This document shows, one piece after another, positions 1 to 9,621 of a stretch of DNA of 64,000 nucleotides. The position numbers and the translations under genes were made by a program. Position 1 is the first letter of the stretch. Every line of letters begins with the position of its first letter. The stretch covers positions 32,001 to 96,000 of the forward strand of contig CAXMWX010000005.1 of NCBI GenBank assembly GCA_963422205.2, given 5' to 3'. The stretch is from Gammaproteobacteria bacterium (GTDB taxonomy: Bacteria; Pseudomonadota; Gammaproteobacteria; Eutrophobiales; Eutrophobiaceae). The notes under the pieces are model-generated. The model was given only the letters and a program-made list of their open reading frames with translations, was not told where the DNA came from and searched no databases.

Positions 1-919
1 AATCCAGCAGCCCACCACCTTTGCCCGATGGCACCAGAAACATCACCACCACAGCCGCCAGCGCCACCGTTGAATCGCCGACACCGGACAAGCCCAGCAA
101 ACCAGACCAGCCGCCAAGCGGTTCTGAGCGCGTGATCCACAAGCCAACAGTGATGGCAAACACCCCCAGGACACGCACCTCATCCGTGCGCCAGGCACCA
201 ATCGCCGGGAGGCTGGCCTGAACTGTGCCGGTCACGTTCCGAGTCAACCACAGGGCCATGAGGGGCAGGCCAATGACCACGACCGGCAAGCCGGTTTGCA
301 TCCAGCGCAGAAAACCAAACTCCCGCTGGGTGAACTCCTGATAGATACCAGCAAAAATCACATTCGGGGGCGTGCCGATCAAGGTGGCAATGCCGCCATA
401 AGAGGCACCATAAGCGATGCCCAGCACAACGGCGATTGCCAGCTTTTTATCAGTATTCATGCTAAGCACACCAAGCGCAATGGGGATCAGCATCAAGGTG
501 GTCGCCGTATTACTGATCCACATTGACAAAAATGCCGCCGTTAGCATAAATGCCAGCACGATACGCCGCCCGCCCGTGCCAACCCGATGTAATATCATCA
601 GGGAAAACCGCCGATGCAGATCGCATTTCTCCAGCGCCCTGGCCAGCATGAACCCACCCATCAGCAGCAAAATGACATGATTGCCCAACCCCAGTGCGGC
701 CTGTTGATGCGTCAGCACACCGCACAGGGGAAAGGCAAAAAAAGGCAGCAGCGATGTCGCCGGGATGGGCAGGGCTTCGGTTACCCACCAGCCTGCCGTG
801 AGCAGGGTAATGGCGAAGGTGGCGGCGATTTTATGCTCAATACCGTGGCTTTTAAGCAGGTAATAGCTGAACAATGCCACCAGAGGTGCCGTCAGCAATG
901 CCAGTTTTTTAATCTGCAT
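1..919 (-). CDS. SLC13/DASS family sodium:dicarboxylate/sulfate symporter (3' end outside window)
   Basis: Hand translation from ATG at 919: MQIKKLALLTAPLV...WWVTEALPIPATSLLP...LLMGGFMLA...LGIAYGASYGGIATLIGTPPNVIF, which are DASS signature segments; not in the ORF track because it runs off the edge. Confidence 0.9.
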   Translation of the reverse strand, partial: MQIKKLALLTAPLVALFSYYLLKSHGIEHKIAATFAITLLTAGWWVTEALPIPATSLLPFFAFPLCGVLTHQQAALGLGNHVILLLMGGFMLARALEKCDLHRRFSLMILHRVGTGGRRIVLAFMLTAAFLSMWISNTATTLMLIPIALGVLSMNTDKKLAIAVVLGIAYGASYGGIATLIGTPPNVIFAGIYQEFTQREFGFLRWMQTGLPVVVIGLPLMALWLTRNVTGTVQASLPAIGAWRTDEVRVLGVFAITVGLWITRSEPLGGWSGLLGLSGVGDSTVALAAVVVMFLVPSGKGGGLLD

Positions 920-1126
920 CTTCGCATTGTACCCATGCCAGCCCGTTATGCTACAAGCGAGCAAAACTGAATGAGGAGGCAGTAAGGCACGGCGCAGTTG
1001 CAATGAGATGCTGTCGGGCGGTGATCGGGCAAGTCCCGGCATCACAGCGGTTGAGCAAATCCGCGGCAGAGATAAGGGGCCGCTTCCTCTTGGTATGGTT
1101 AGCCGGTTTACCCGCTTCAAGCGATC

Positions 1127-2554
1127 CTAAAAGACCTTGGGCATGTCTGGCGTGCGTCCGGCAAAAAAGTCTTCTATGGTGTAGATTTGCACAACAGGTG
1201 CATTCATAAAGTATCCTGTACTTGCCGCCGCATCGTACATCCTGGGCGTGACCTTATCCGCAAAACAGATAAATATCCCCATATCAGCCCCGATCTCCTG
1301 CCGTGCGCCGTTAAATGCCTGCACATCACCCGGCCCGGTGCCGCCAGCTTTGACCTGAGATACGATATCGACAAACTGCCCTTTGCGAATCGGCAACCGA
1401 CCGCGCCCATCAATCCCGCGATCGCCGCGCTGCCGCTTATTGGCCTCCATGCCATCGACCAGAGAGGCAGCCCAGCGTTCAAACCGGAAGGCATCCAATT
1501 CAGCGAGGGTCTTCGCATCATCGCTGGTCTTGGGCATGCCGATAAACTGCACATCATCCCACAGGCTGTCGAAGTGATTTTTCAGGCGCTTTTCGATGAC
1601 CCGGCAAGCATTCACGCACACATCGATGCCGATCCAGCGCCGTTTATGCAACTGCGCGGCGTGAACCGTGGTGCCACATCCACAGAAGGGATCAAGCACC
1701 ACATCGCCAGGATTGGAACTGGCCCTGATAATGCGATCCAGTAAGGCCAGCGGCTTTTGGGTGGGGTAGCCCAGGCGCTCTTTGGCTGCCTGATTGATGA
1801 TGTTGATATCTGACCACCAATCTTCAAATATCACACCTTTTTTCTCGTCAAGATAATCGCGCACCGTCAGCTCAGGTCTTTCCACTTCCCAGTTGACATC
1901 AACGTCTTTCGCTGATCTTATAGGGCTGCCCGTAATACCTCGTCCCTGTAAACGGTATCAACGTCCCTTCTCGTCGACCAACCGGTACTTTGCTATCGTA
2001 ACTGCCGATAGCTGGCGCATCACATCATCCCGGTTAAAGCGGTAATGCTCGCCCTTGGAGTAAAAGAATATCGTATCGTGTTTTTTGCCGAAATGGCGTT
2101 TCGGCTGCGGCCTTGTTTTGTAACACCATACAAGCTCATTGTGAAAGTTATCACGCCCGAATATTCCATCCATCACAATCTTAAGATAATGGCTCATGGT
2201 CGGATCAGAGTGCAGGTAAATACAACCGGTGTCCTTGAGTACGCGGCGGCATTCCCGCAGCCGGTTCGCCATGTAGGACAGATAGGCGAGATTAGCGCCC
2301 TCGCCCAGGATCTTACGCAGCCCTTCCATGGTGGCCGAGAGGCCAACATCGGCGGCCACCTGGTGAAAATCGGAGACGGCCTCAGCCCACCGCCAGGTAT
2401 CATCAAAGGCGACCCACTGTGCATCGCCGATAAAGGCGTTGTACAATCGCTTTGAATTAAACGGCGGATCCAGATAGATCAGATCAACACTGGCATCCTG
2501 AATGTCCTCGCGCATGACCTCAAGGCAATCACCAAAGTACAGCGTGTTGATCAT
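1127..2554 (-). pseudogene. N4/N6 DNA methyltransferase (beta class) fused to C-terminal Mrr-like PD-(D/E)xK domain, interrupted by in-frame TGA at 1958-1960
   Basis: NTLYFGDCL...IYLDPPFNS (catalytic motif IV) in ORF 1958..2554; GYPTQKP...VLDPFCGCGTT (SAM motif I) and FERWA...DRGIDG...QVK in ORF 1127..1885; the two are in the same frame: DEKGR*YRLQGRG... Confidence 0.85.
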
Positions 2555-2576
2555 GGCCGCAGCACCCTGCCCGGTG

Positions 2577-3167
2577 CTACTGTCTGATCCCCTCGATAAA
2601 CAGATCAAGGTCCATCGATTCGGATCTGGGGCCAAGGTTGTAGGTCATGCCAAAATCCGCCCGTTTTATCCGGGTATGCCCCTTAAACCCCGCCCGATAC
2701 CCTCCCCAGGGATCATCGCCTTCGCCGATGTATTCCATATCAATGACGATGGGCCTGGTCACCCCGTGCAATGTCAGATCACCGTGCAGCTTGCCGCCGC
2801 TGGCATCGCCATCGTATCGCGTACTCTTGAATGTCGCCGTCGGGTATTTTTGTACATCCAGAAAATCCGCTTCCCGCAGGTGTTTGTCACGTTCGGCATG
2901 ATTGCTGTCGATACTGGCAGTCTGTACAGTGACCTCCACAGCAGAGGCCGAGGGATTATTTTTATCCCAGGTGAAGCTGCCATCGAATTCGTTAAAACGT
3001 CCCACCATAATGCTGTACCCCAGGTGGTAGATGCGAAACTGGATAAACGCGTGCATGCCGGGAATATCAATGCTGTATTGTGCCGCATGATTGGCTCTCG
3101 GCAGGCTTAACATCACGGGTAACAACAAGACAGCCAGGGCATAGGCCCTGCAAGATCGGGTAGACAT
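2577..3167 (-). CDS. yceI: YceI family periplasmic lipid/polyisoprenoid-binding protein
   Basis: Signal peptide; HAFIQFRIYHLGYS...GRF...SIDSNHAERDKHLR...GDLTLHGVTRP...DPWGGYRAGF; start could be 3194 or 3167. Confidence 0.9.
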   Translation of the reverse strand: MSTRSCRAYALAVLLLPVMLSLPRANHAAQYSIDIPGMHAFIQFRIYHLGYSIMVGRFNEFDGSFTWDKNNPSASAVEVTVQTASIDSNHAERDKHLREADFLDVQKYPTATFKSTRYDGDASGGKLHGDLTLHGVTRPIVIDMEYIGEGDDPWGGYRAGFKGHTRIKRADFGMTYNLGPRSESMDLDLFIEGIRQ

Positions 3168-3384
3168 GGTACTCCTCCTCAGATCATTCATCATGTAAAC
3201 GCTAATTGTGCATAACTATGACCCGGTGATCAATACGCATCGGGCAAACAACACGTCTTGTGTGCCAATTCAACGATATTTTTCGGGATATTTTGCGGCC
3301 AGGGAAAGTCCACCCGGAAGCTACGCTGTGGCTGATCGCAACCCGGATCACAGCAAAGCGGCAACATACAACGCTTGCAACGGC

Positions 3385-3732
3385 CTAGCCAGAGGCACTC
3401 AGAATCTCATCCAGCTCGGATTTCGCCGCTATCATGGTCTGGTTGATTTTTTCAATCTGCTCCGGGAGGCGGTCTAGCTCCCACCGGGCCTTGCTGTTTT
3501 TTTCAATCCGCAGCAGGTCTTGTTCAAGACAGGTCAATCCTGCATAAAAAATAATTGGCCTCAGCTTGTGAACCAGCCTGGATAACGCATCCCAATCCTT
3601 ATCTGCCACAGCCTCGCTCAACTCTGTGGTTGCCCTGTCAATGCGGCTGCTGCCCATACTGACCAACTCCACCAGCATCTCATCATCACCGCAGCTGTTT
3701 GCTTTGAGTTTCTCTCTATCAATTAATGCCAT
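3385..3732 (-). CDS. Stand-alone Hpt (histidine phosphotransfer) protein
   Basis: 115 aa helical protein, IDREKL..CGDDEML.ELV and LVHKLRP phospho-His motif. Confidence 0.75.
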   Translation of the reverse strand: MALIDREKLKANSCGDDEMLVELVSMGSSRIDRATTELSEAVADKDWDALSRLVHKLRPIIFYAGLTCLEQDLLRIEKNSKARWELDRLPEQIEKINQTMIAAKSELDEILSASG

Positions 3733-3740
3733 GGTATCCT

Positions 3741-4130
3741 CTACTGCAATACAGCATGCAGTTTTTTCAACAACGCATCTCGGGTAAACGGTTTCAACAA
3801 CACATCGTCAATACCTGCGGAAATTAATTCTGCCCGTTCCAGCGCATCGGCGGTCAAGGCGATGACCGGCATGTCGCGCTTCGGGCGGGTAAAATCCTGT
3901 CTCAGTCGGCTTACCAACTCATAACCATCCATGATCGGCATGTTCAGATCGGTGAGCAGCAGATGCACATCGTTTGCCTGTAGCACATCAAGCGCCTGCT
4001 GACCATTATTCGCGGTAAAGAGGGTAAATTCGGCGATCTTTTGCAGACATTTCCGGGCAATAAAAATGTGCATGTCCTCATCATCAACAATCAATAACGA
4101 TTTGTGAGCAAACTGAACCTGCTGTTGCAT
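3741..4130 (-). CDS. Single-domain response regulator (REC)
   Basis: LIVDD...LLTDLNMPIMDG...IALTA...LLKPF. Confidence 0.9.
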   Translation of the reverse strand: MQQQVQFAHKSLLIVDDEDMHIFIARKCLQKIAEFTLFTANNGQQALDVLQANDVHLLLTDLNMPIMDGYELVSRLRQDFTRPKRDMPVIALTADALERAELISAGIDDVLLKPFTRDALLKKLHAVLQ

Positions 4131-4339
4131 AACTATCTGCCTGTACCGATCATAGCGACATGACGACCATGCCCTTTGTCTGTAAAGCTCTATGAACGCA
4201 ATTATACATCAAGCGCCCGTCAGGTTAAGCACGGCTTGCCGGTTACAGGCAACATGACAATGCCACAGAGCGACTTGCCCCGTGCGGTGTTCTCCTGAAC
4301 GTTGGGCGGGTTTATCGTAGCAGGGATGATACCGCTTGG

Positions 4340-5632
4340 CTAATTTTGTGACACGGCAGCAAGGGCGGCGATAAATTCCGGGATGTTCTGATAACGATCG
4401 GTGGGAGATTTCTCCAGCAGCTTCTCAACCAGCGGCTGAAATGTTGCCAGCTCGGTCGGTAAAGGCGGCGGCTTGTCATAGGCATGTTGACAGGCCACCT
4501 CAATAATTGAATCGCCGGAAAACGGCTTGCGACCCGTGAGCAACTCATAGAACAAAATGCCAAGGCTGTAGATATCGGTACGCCGATCAATCTGTGCCCC
4601 CTTTATCTGCTCCGGACTCATGTAAAACGGCGTACCCAGCACCTCGCCCCTGGCGGTCATCACTTCCTGGCAGGTCAAATCCTTGGCGATCCCCAGATCG
4701 GCAATCACCAGATCATCATCTTCTTTGAACAGAATATTATTCGGCTTGACATCCCGGTGTACCACATTCAACTCATGCAGAGCAGACAAGCCCCTGGCGA
4801 GGCTTAGGGTATAATTGACCGCAGATTCTGGCAGCAGATGATCGCGCTTGATTTTGCCGGCGAGATCGCCGTTGGACAAATATTCCATGGAGTAATAAGC
4901 GTACTCTTCAGTAAAACCATAATCCATGGTCTTGATGATATTCGGATGGTGCAGGTTTGACAGTATGGTAAATTCGCGCATAAAACGCTTCACCAGCACA
5001 GGCTGGGTGACATCCCGGACATCCAGCACCTTCAACACCACCTGCTGCTGATCTTTTTCCCGCTCGGCAAGCAAGGTGGTAGACCAACTGCCAGAGGCAA
5101 TCTCGCGGATGCAGAAATACCCGGGAATATGCCAGCGGTTGACATATTTTTTTACGCCATAGCCGGTGATGTCGATCAACTCGGTCTCATTCTCACCCAG
5201 CTGGAGCTCCTCTTCATCCTTCCGCTGTTGCTGCAAACTCTCCAGCATCGCCCGGTGAGTGAGTATATCGGTGACCCGCTCATACAATAGCTCACTCGCC
5301 AGATCATACTTGATGAGATAGCTGTCAGCACCGAGCTTGATCGCCTTCACGGCGACTTTCTCATCCCCCTCGCCGGTGACGATCACCACCGAGGCACTGG
5401 ACTGCCTGGCCTTTATCATCTTGAGCCAATCCAGGCCATTCTCGGTCTGAAAACCAAGATCATAATCCAGAAATATCATATCGTAATCTGACCAGGAAAA
5501 ATCATCGTCCGGCTTGCCACGTCTGTGCGGATCATAGGTTTCTATGTCAGCATGAGGCCATCTGTGTGCTATGGCTTTTTTGAAATAATTGCGGAAACTT
5601 CTCGAATCGTCTATGACCAGGAATTTTGGCAT
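4340..5632 (-). CDS. Receiver domain-Ser/Thr protein kinase fusion
   Basis: N-terminal REC (VIDDS, IFLDYDLG, VTG, LIK); Hanks kinase motifs VVLKVL, HRDVKPNN, DLG, GTPFYMSPEQ, DIYSLG; no TM. Confidence 0.92.
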   Translation of the reverse strand: MPKFLVIDDSRSFRNYFKKAIAHRWPHADIETYDPHRRGKPDDDFSWSDYDMIFLDYDLGFQTENGLDWLKMIKARQSSASVVIVTGEGDEKVAVKAIKLGADSYLIKYDLASELLYERVTDILTHRAMLESLQQQRKDEEELQLGENETELIDITGYGVKKYVNRWHIPGYFCIREIASGSWSTTLLAEREKDQQQVVLKVLDVRDVTQPVLVKRFMREFTILSNLHHPNIIKTMDYGFTEEYAYYSMEYLSNGDLAGKIKRDHLLPESAVNYTLSLARGLSALHELNVVHRDVKPNNILFKEDDDLVIADLGIAKDLTCQEVMTARGEVLGTPFYMSPEQIKGAQIDRRTDIYSLGILFYELLTGRKPFSGDSIIEVACQHAYDKPPPLPTELATFQPLVEKLLEKSPTDRYQNIPEFIAALAAVSQN

Positions 5633-5660
5633 GGTGCAGCTATCGCGCTATCTGATGAGT

Positions 5661-6140
5661 CTATTCTGTCAGCAATGAATTAAAAATTTTTTGTAAATCA
5701 ACAATCGGGGTTGGTCCGTGCTCGGGGTGCTGAAAACAGGATGCAGCAATCAGTGGCCAATCATCCCATCCAGCCGGGTAATCACAACATGAACCATCGG
5801 TGACAGTCGCCCGATAGGGCAATGCACTTAACACGAGCGCACCATAGCCCACCTTATCGGCATACGCTGCACTGTGATAAGCAACGATGCAGATAAAATA
5901 ACGCGGCAGGGATTGCACCTGGCGGGCAGACTCAGCTGAACAGATCACATTATAGATATCAAAAACCGGCACAACTCGGCCATGCCATAGCAAAATACGG
6001 TGACAGTAGGCCGGCGTGTGAGGTACTCGATGCAGCTTGATCCATTCGGTGATTATGTGCAGCATGTCGAACTCACCGATAGCAACATGCACTGATTCAG
6101 CTATCGGCAACACCCAAGCATTGGTCACTGTCTTACCCAT
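5661..6140 (-). CDS. CheW-like protein
   Basis: RVPHTPAYCHRILLWHGRVVPVFD resembles the CheW core; last gene block of the chemosensory operon. Confidence 0.7.
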   Translation of the reverse strand: MGKTVTNAWVLPIAESVHVAIGEFDMLHIITEWIKLHRVPHTPAYCHRILLWHGRVVPVFDIYNVICSAESARQVQSLPRYFICIVAYHSAAYADKVGYGALVLSALPYRATVTDGSCCDYPAGWDDWPLIAASCFQHPEHGPTPIVDLQKIFNSLLTE

Positions 6141-6146
6141 ACATCA

Positions 6147-6632
6147 TCACCTGTGCGCTTCGGCCAAATTGCTGGACATGTAATCTCCCTTGCCACTGTG
6201 TGCAATCAGCCGATATAAGGCCCGAACACTGATCAGGCTGTAGATACGCTCCTTGTGTATGCCGATATGGCTGACTGGACAGGTGCCTGCCTGCATACAC
6301 ACCGGCAGTTCAACCAGTTCAACCTGATCTTTATCCAGGCGGTTTATGGCATCACAGGCCAGGGCAAAGACCACCTCATCAACACAGATACACAGACACA
6401 TTTTCCTTGAGACTGGCATGGCACGGATCAGTTGCAAATCAGCATCAAAATTAAACACGCTGAATGCGCGGCCAGCATGTACGACCGCCCCGACGGACAG
6501 GCTATTGGCATCATCTGCCATCATGTCCGTGATGGATTCTATGGCACTCACCTGTGCTTGCGGGATGAGCAATTTTGTTTTTTCTATCTCAAGCTGCAAG
6601 AGTTCGCTGGTATCGGCAACCGGAGCAGGCAT
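6147..6632 (-). CDS. Divergent CheW-like (ChpC-like) protein
   Basis: LLIPQAQVSAIE...VGAVVHAGRAFSVF; directly downstream of the CheA-like hybrid kinase. Confidence 0.6.
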   Translation of the reverse strand: MPAPVADTSELLQLEIEKTKLLIPQAQVSAIESITDMMADDANSLSVGAVVHAGRAFSVFNFDADLQLIRAMPVSRKMCLCICVDEVVFALACDAINRLDKDQVELVELPVCMQAGTCPVSHIGIHKERIYSLISVRALYRLIAHSGKGDYMSSNLAEAHR

Positions 6633-6641
6633 TATCGTTGA

Positions 6642-9566
6642 CTACGGCGAACAGATGGATTGAATTTTCTCCATCAGCTCATCTTCAGAATAAGGCTTGA
6701 TCAGATACGCATCAACACCCGCCGTCATGGCCTCCTGCTGATGCCGGGCGGCGGCCCTGGAAGTAATCATGATGCAGGGGATATCCGAGATACTGCCATC
6801 AGCACGTATATGTCCTATCAGCTCCAGCCCGGTCATCCTCGGCATTTCCAAATCAGACAGCACGATATCCGGCTTGCTGACTTTTATTATCTTGAACGCT
6901 TCCACCCCATCACGCGCCATACGCACAGTGTAACCGGCATCTTGCATAAACTGCGCCAGCGAACGTCTGGCACTGAGCGAGTCATCCACGATAAGCGCCG
7001 AGGGTAAATTCGAACGGGGTGCTTCGGTTCTTTGATATCTGCTTGCCGCCTTCCCCGCCGTGGTCGTAACCCGCACCAGTTCAGGTAAATCAACCACCGG
7101 GGTAACACTGCCATCCCCTAAAATCGTCACTCCTGACACACCGGTCAACCTCGGCACGTAATGGCCCAGATCCTTAACAACCAGGTCCTGACCGCCGATT
7201 ATCTTCTCCACCATGACGGCATGCCTGCCCTGCTCATTCTCTACCAGCAAAACCGAGCGCGATTCCCGGTCTTCGCTGCGGCGCTCAAAAACCATATTAA
7301 TCATATTTTCAAATTGATGTGCCGGGTAGCTATGCTCACCCAGCTGAAACACCTGCTTGCCGCCATAATCCAGCAGCCGCCCGGATTGATGATGGATGAT
7401 CTGCACGATACCGCGATTGGCAATGGCCACAAGCTGCGGCCCGGCCCTGATCAGCAACACATAGGAAGAGACCAGCGTCTGCGGCAGCTTGATCTCCACA
7501 GTACACCCCTTGCCGGTGTCTGATTCAACGATAAAACTCCCCGACATCTGCACGATGGCGGCATAAACCGCATCCATTCCGATACCCCGGCCGGATATCT
7601 GGGTTATTTTTGCACTGGTGGAAAAATCCGAACGTAAAATCAGTTGCTTCAATTCATCGTCTGAGATCTCATCCTGCGGCTGGTAGATCCCCTGTTCCAT
7701 CGCCTTGCGTTTGATTGCTGCATAATCCAGGCCCTTGCCGTCATCCTGACAACGCACCAGGATCTGATTGCCCTCGCGCATAAACGTCAGATAAATATCA
7801 CCTGTGGCCGGTTTGCCGGCGGCCAGGCGCACAGCACGCTCCTCAATGCCATGATCTATCGCATTGCGTAACAAGTGCATCAATGGATCAAGCAGATTAT
7901 TCAATGTGTTGGTATCTATCAGCGTATCGCCGCCATGCAGATGCAGCCTCACCGCTTTGCCTGTGATCCTGCTGGCCTGCCGGACACTGCGCTGCAAGCG
8001 GGCAAACTGTGAACTCACCGGCACCATCCTGGCGCGCATCACCCCTTCCTGGGTTTCATTATTCAAACGCGCCTGCTCCAGCAACATCTCATCCAGACGC
8101 AACAGATTCTCCGATACGGTTTTCGCCTCTTCATTCGCATCAACCGCGGCTTCAACCAGCCGTCGGCAACACGTATGTAATTCGCTGTACAGATCCATCT
8201 CCAGGCTGTCATAATCACTGTCCAGCGTACCCGCCCGTTGCAGGCCGGTTAAATCCTTGACATCAACAATCTCTTCCAACTGACTGCCTAACTGCCGGAT
8301 CAGCGCAAACTGCCCCTGCATGTTTTTAATCTGTGTTCGGGTGACGTGCACCCGGTCACGCACCTGCCCGGTCATGATGATGGTCTCGCCCACCAGTCTT
8401 AATAAATTATCAACAAACCCGGCCGGAACCCGCATCATGAAACTGCCGGATTCACGCATGTTAATCCCTGGCTTGCCGGTCTCAACAGCACCAGGCTCGC
8501 CCGATTGTCTTCCCTCGGCATCTGACAGTGCTGGCTCTTCTGCCCGGGCCGGCATGAGATCGGCCACCTGTATGCCCTCCTGTTCAATCAGGTTGACCAA
8601 ATCCAGCACCTCCTGCAAAGTCTCACGGGCATCTTGCGGCGGCCTGCCTGTCCCCAGCAGGGTTTCACTCATCGCTGCCAGACAATCAGCGGCATTCATC
8701 AAGGTCTCGGAGATGCGTACTGATGGCAGCCGCTTGTGCTTGCTTAATATAAGCAGCAGGTCTTCCAAGTGGTGGGTCAGGGTGGCGATACCACGCACTC
8801 CCACCGTATTGGCGGCACCCTTTAATGTGTGGGCAACACGCTTTGCGATCTGCACATCCTCAAGAGTACCGCCATCAGTCAGACGACTGATCGCCGCCGA
8901 AAACTCCTCGGTCTGCCCCGGCAACTCTGCTAACAAACCATCGAGTAAATCCTGACTGACATCATCTTGCAGTTGCAGGGAAACATCGGCAGCACGTGCA
9001 CTCCTCTGCCGCTCTGCCATGATCTTTTCAGGCACCGTAAAACCGGATTTAAGGAGCGTGTTTTTCAGCACCCTGGCCTGCTCTGCGGATAATGGCATCG
9101 GCCAGGCACTGTCCTGCATAAAGGACAACAAGCGATTCGTTGCCGCTTCATTCGCTGGATTGCTCAGGCAGGCCAGCAGGGTTTGTGGCCATCTGCCAAG
9201 CAGGGCGAGGGTATTTCCCAGTGCTTCTGGCTGATCCTCTGCCATTGCAAGATCGGCAAGGGTTGAGAGATTGGCCCGGGCAGTATCAACCACCTCGGCC
9301 AGGGCGGTAAAACCAAGGCTGCTCAAGGCATCGGAGTAACGCTGCATTTGTGTGGTTAGACCCGGCACCAGCAACAAGGCGGCATCAATCTCGGCAATGG
9401 CTAATTGCTGTATTGCCTCATGGATGACCCGCAATTCGGCTGCCATGATCTGCACGGCCTCCCGGATCGAGTCCGGCAATTCATCGCTGATCGCCACCTC
9501 AAGTGCAGGCGATGGGGGGGTGCCTTTATCCAGCAGATCATCGGCTTGCTCATCAGAAATCATCAC
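6642..9566 (-). CDS. CheA/ChpA-like hybrid chemosensory histidine kinase (Hpt, dimerisation, HATPase, CheW, REC)
   Basis: AHTLKGAA (Hpt), RMVPV, HLLRNAIDHGIE, DDGKGLD, SGRGIGMDAV, GVTILGDGSV, C-terminal REC IVDDS...DLEMP...KPY. Confidence 0.95.
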   Translation of the reverse strand: MMISDEQADDLLDKGTPPSPALEVAISDELPDSIREAVQIMAAELRVIHEAIQQLAIAEIDAALLLVPGLTTQMQRYSDALSSLGFTALAEVVDTARANLSTLADLAMAEDQPEALGNTLALLGRWPQTLLACLSNPANEAATNRLLSFMQDSAWPMPLSAEQARVLKNTLLKSGFTVPEKIMAERQRSARAADVSLQLQDDVSQDLLDGLLAELPGQTEEFSAAISRLTDGGTLEDVQIAKRVAHTLKGAANTVGVRGIATLTHHLEDLLLILSKHKRLPSVRISETLMNAADCLAAMSETLLGTGRPPQDARETLQEVLDLVNLIEQEGIQVADLMPARAEEPALSDAEGRQSGEPGAVETGKPGINMRESGSFMMRVPAGFVDNLLRLVGETIIMTGQVRDRVHVTRTQIKNMQGQFALIRQLGSQLEEIVDVKDLTGLQRAGTLDSDYDSLEMDLYSELHTCCRRLVEAAVDANEEAKTVSENLLRLDEMLLEQARLNNETQEGVMRARMVPVSSQFARLQRSVRQASRITGKAVRLHLHGGDTLIDTNTLNNLLDPLMHLLRNAIDHGIEERAVRLAAGKPATGDIYLTFMREGNQILVRCQDDGKGLDYAAIKRKAMEQGIYQPQDEISDDELKQLILRSDFSTSAKITQISGRGIGMDAVYAAIVQMSGSFIVESDTGKGCTVEIKLPQTLVSSYVLLIRAGPQLVAIANRGIVQIIHHQSGRLLDYGGKQVFQLGEHSYPAHQFENMINMVFERRSEDRESRSVLLVENEQGRHAVMVEKIIGGQDLVVKDLGHYVPRLTGVSGVTILGDGSVTPVVDLPELVRVTTTAGKAASRYQRTEAPRSNLPSALIVDDSLSARRSLAQFMQDAGYTVRMARDGVEAFKIIKVSKPDIVLSDLEMPRMTGLELIGHIRADGSISDIPCIMITSRAAARHQQEAMTAGVDAYLIKPYSEDELMEKIQSICSP

Positions 9567-9621
9567 GGCGGCACACGTCAGCCGTTGCAGTTATACGGCC
9601 TGGCGGGCAGCATGAGCCGTA

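Noticed and set aside
1958-1960. Selenocysteine or alternative-code readthrough of TGA
   Set aside because: TGA terminates many intact genes here and the context suggests Arg (GRRYRL), not Sec or Trp
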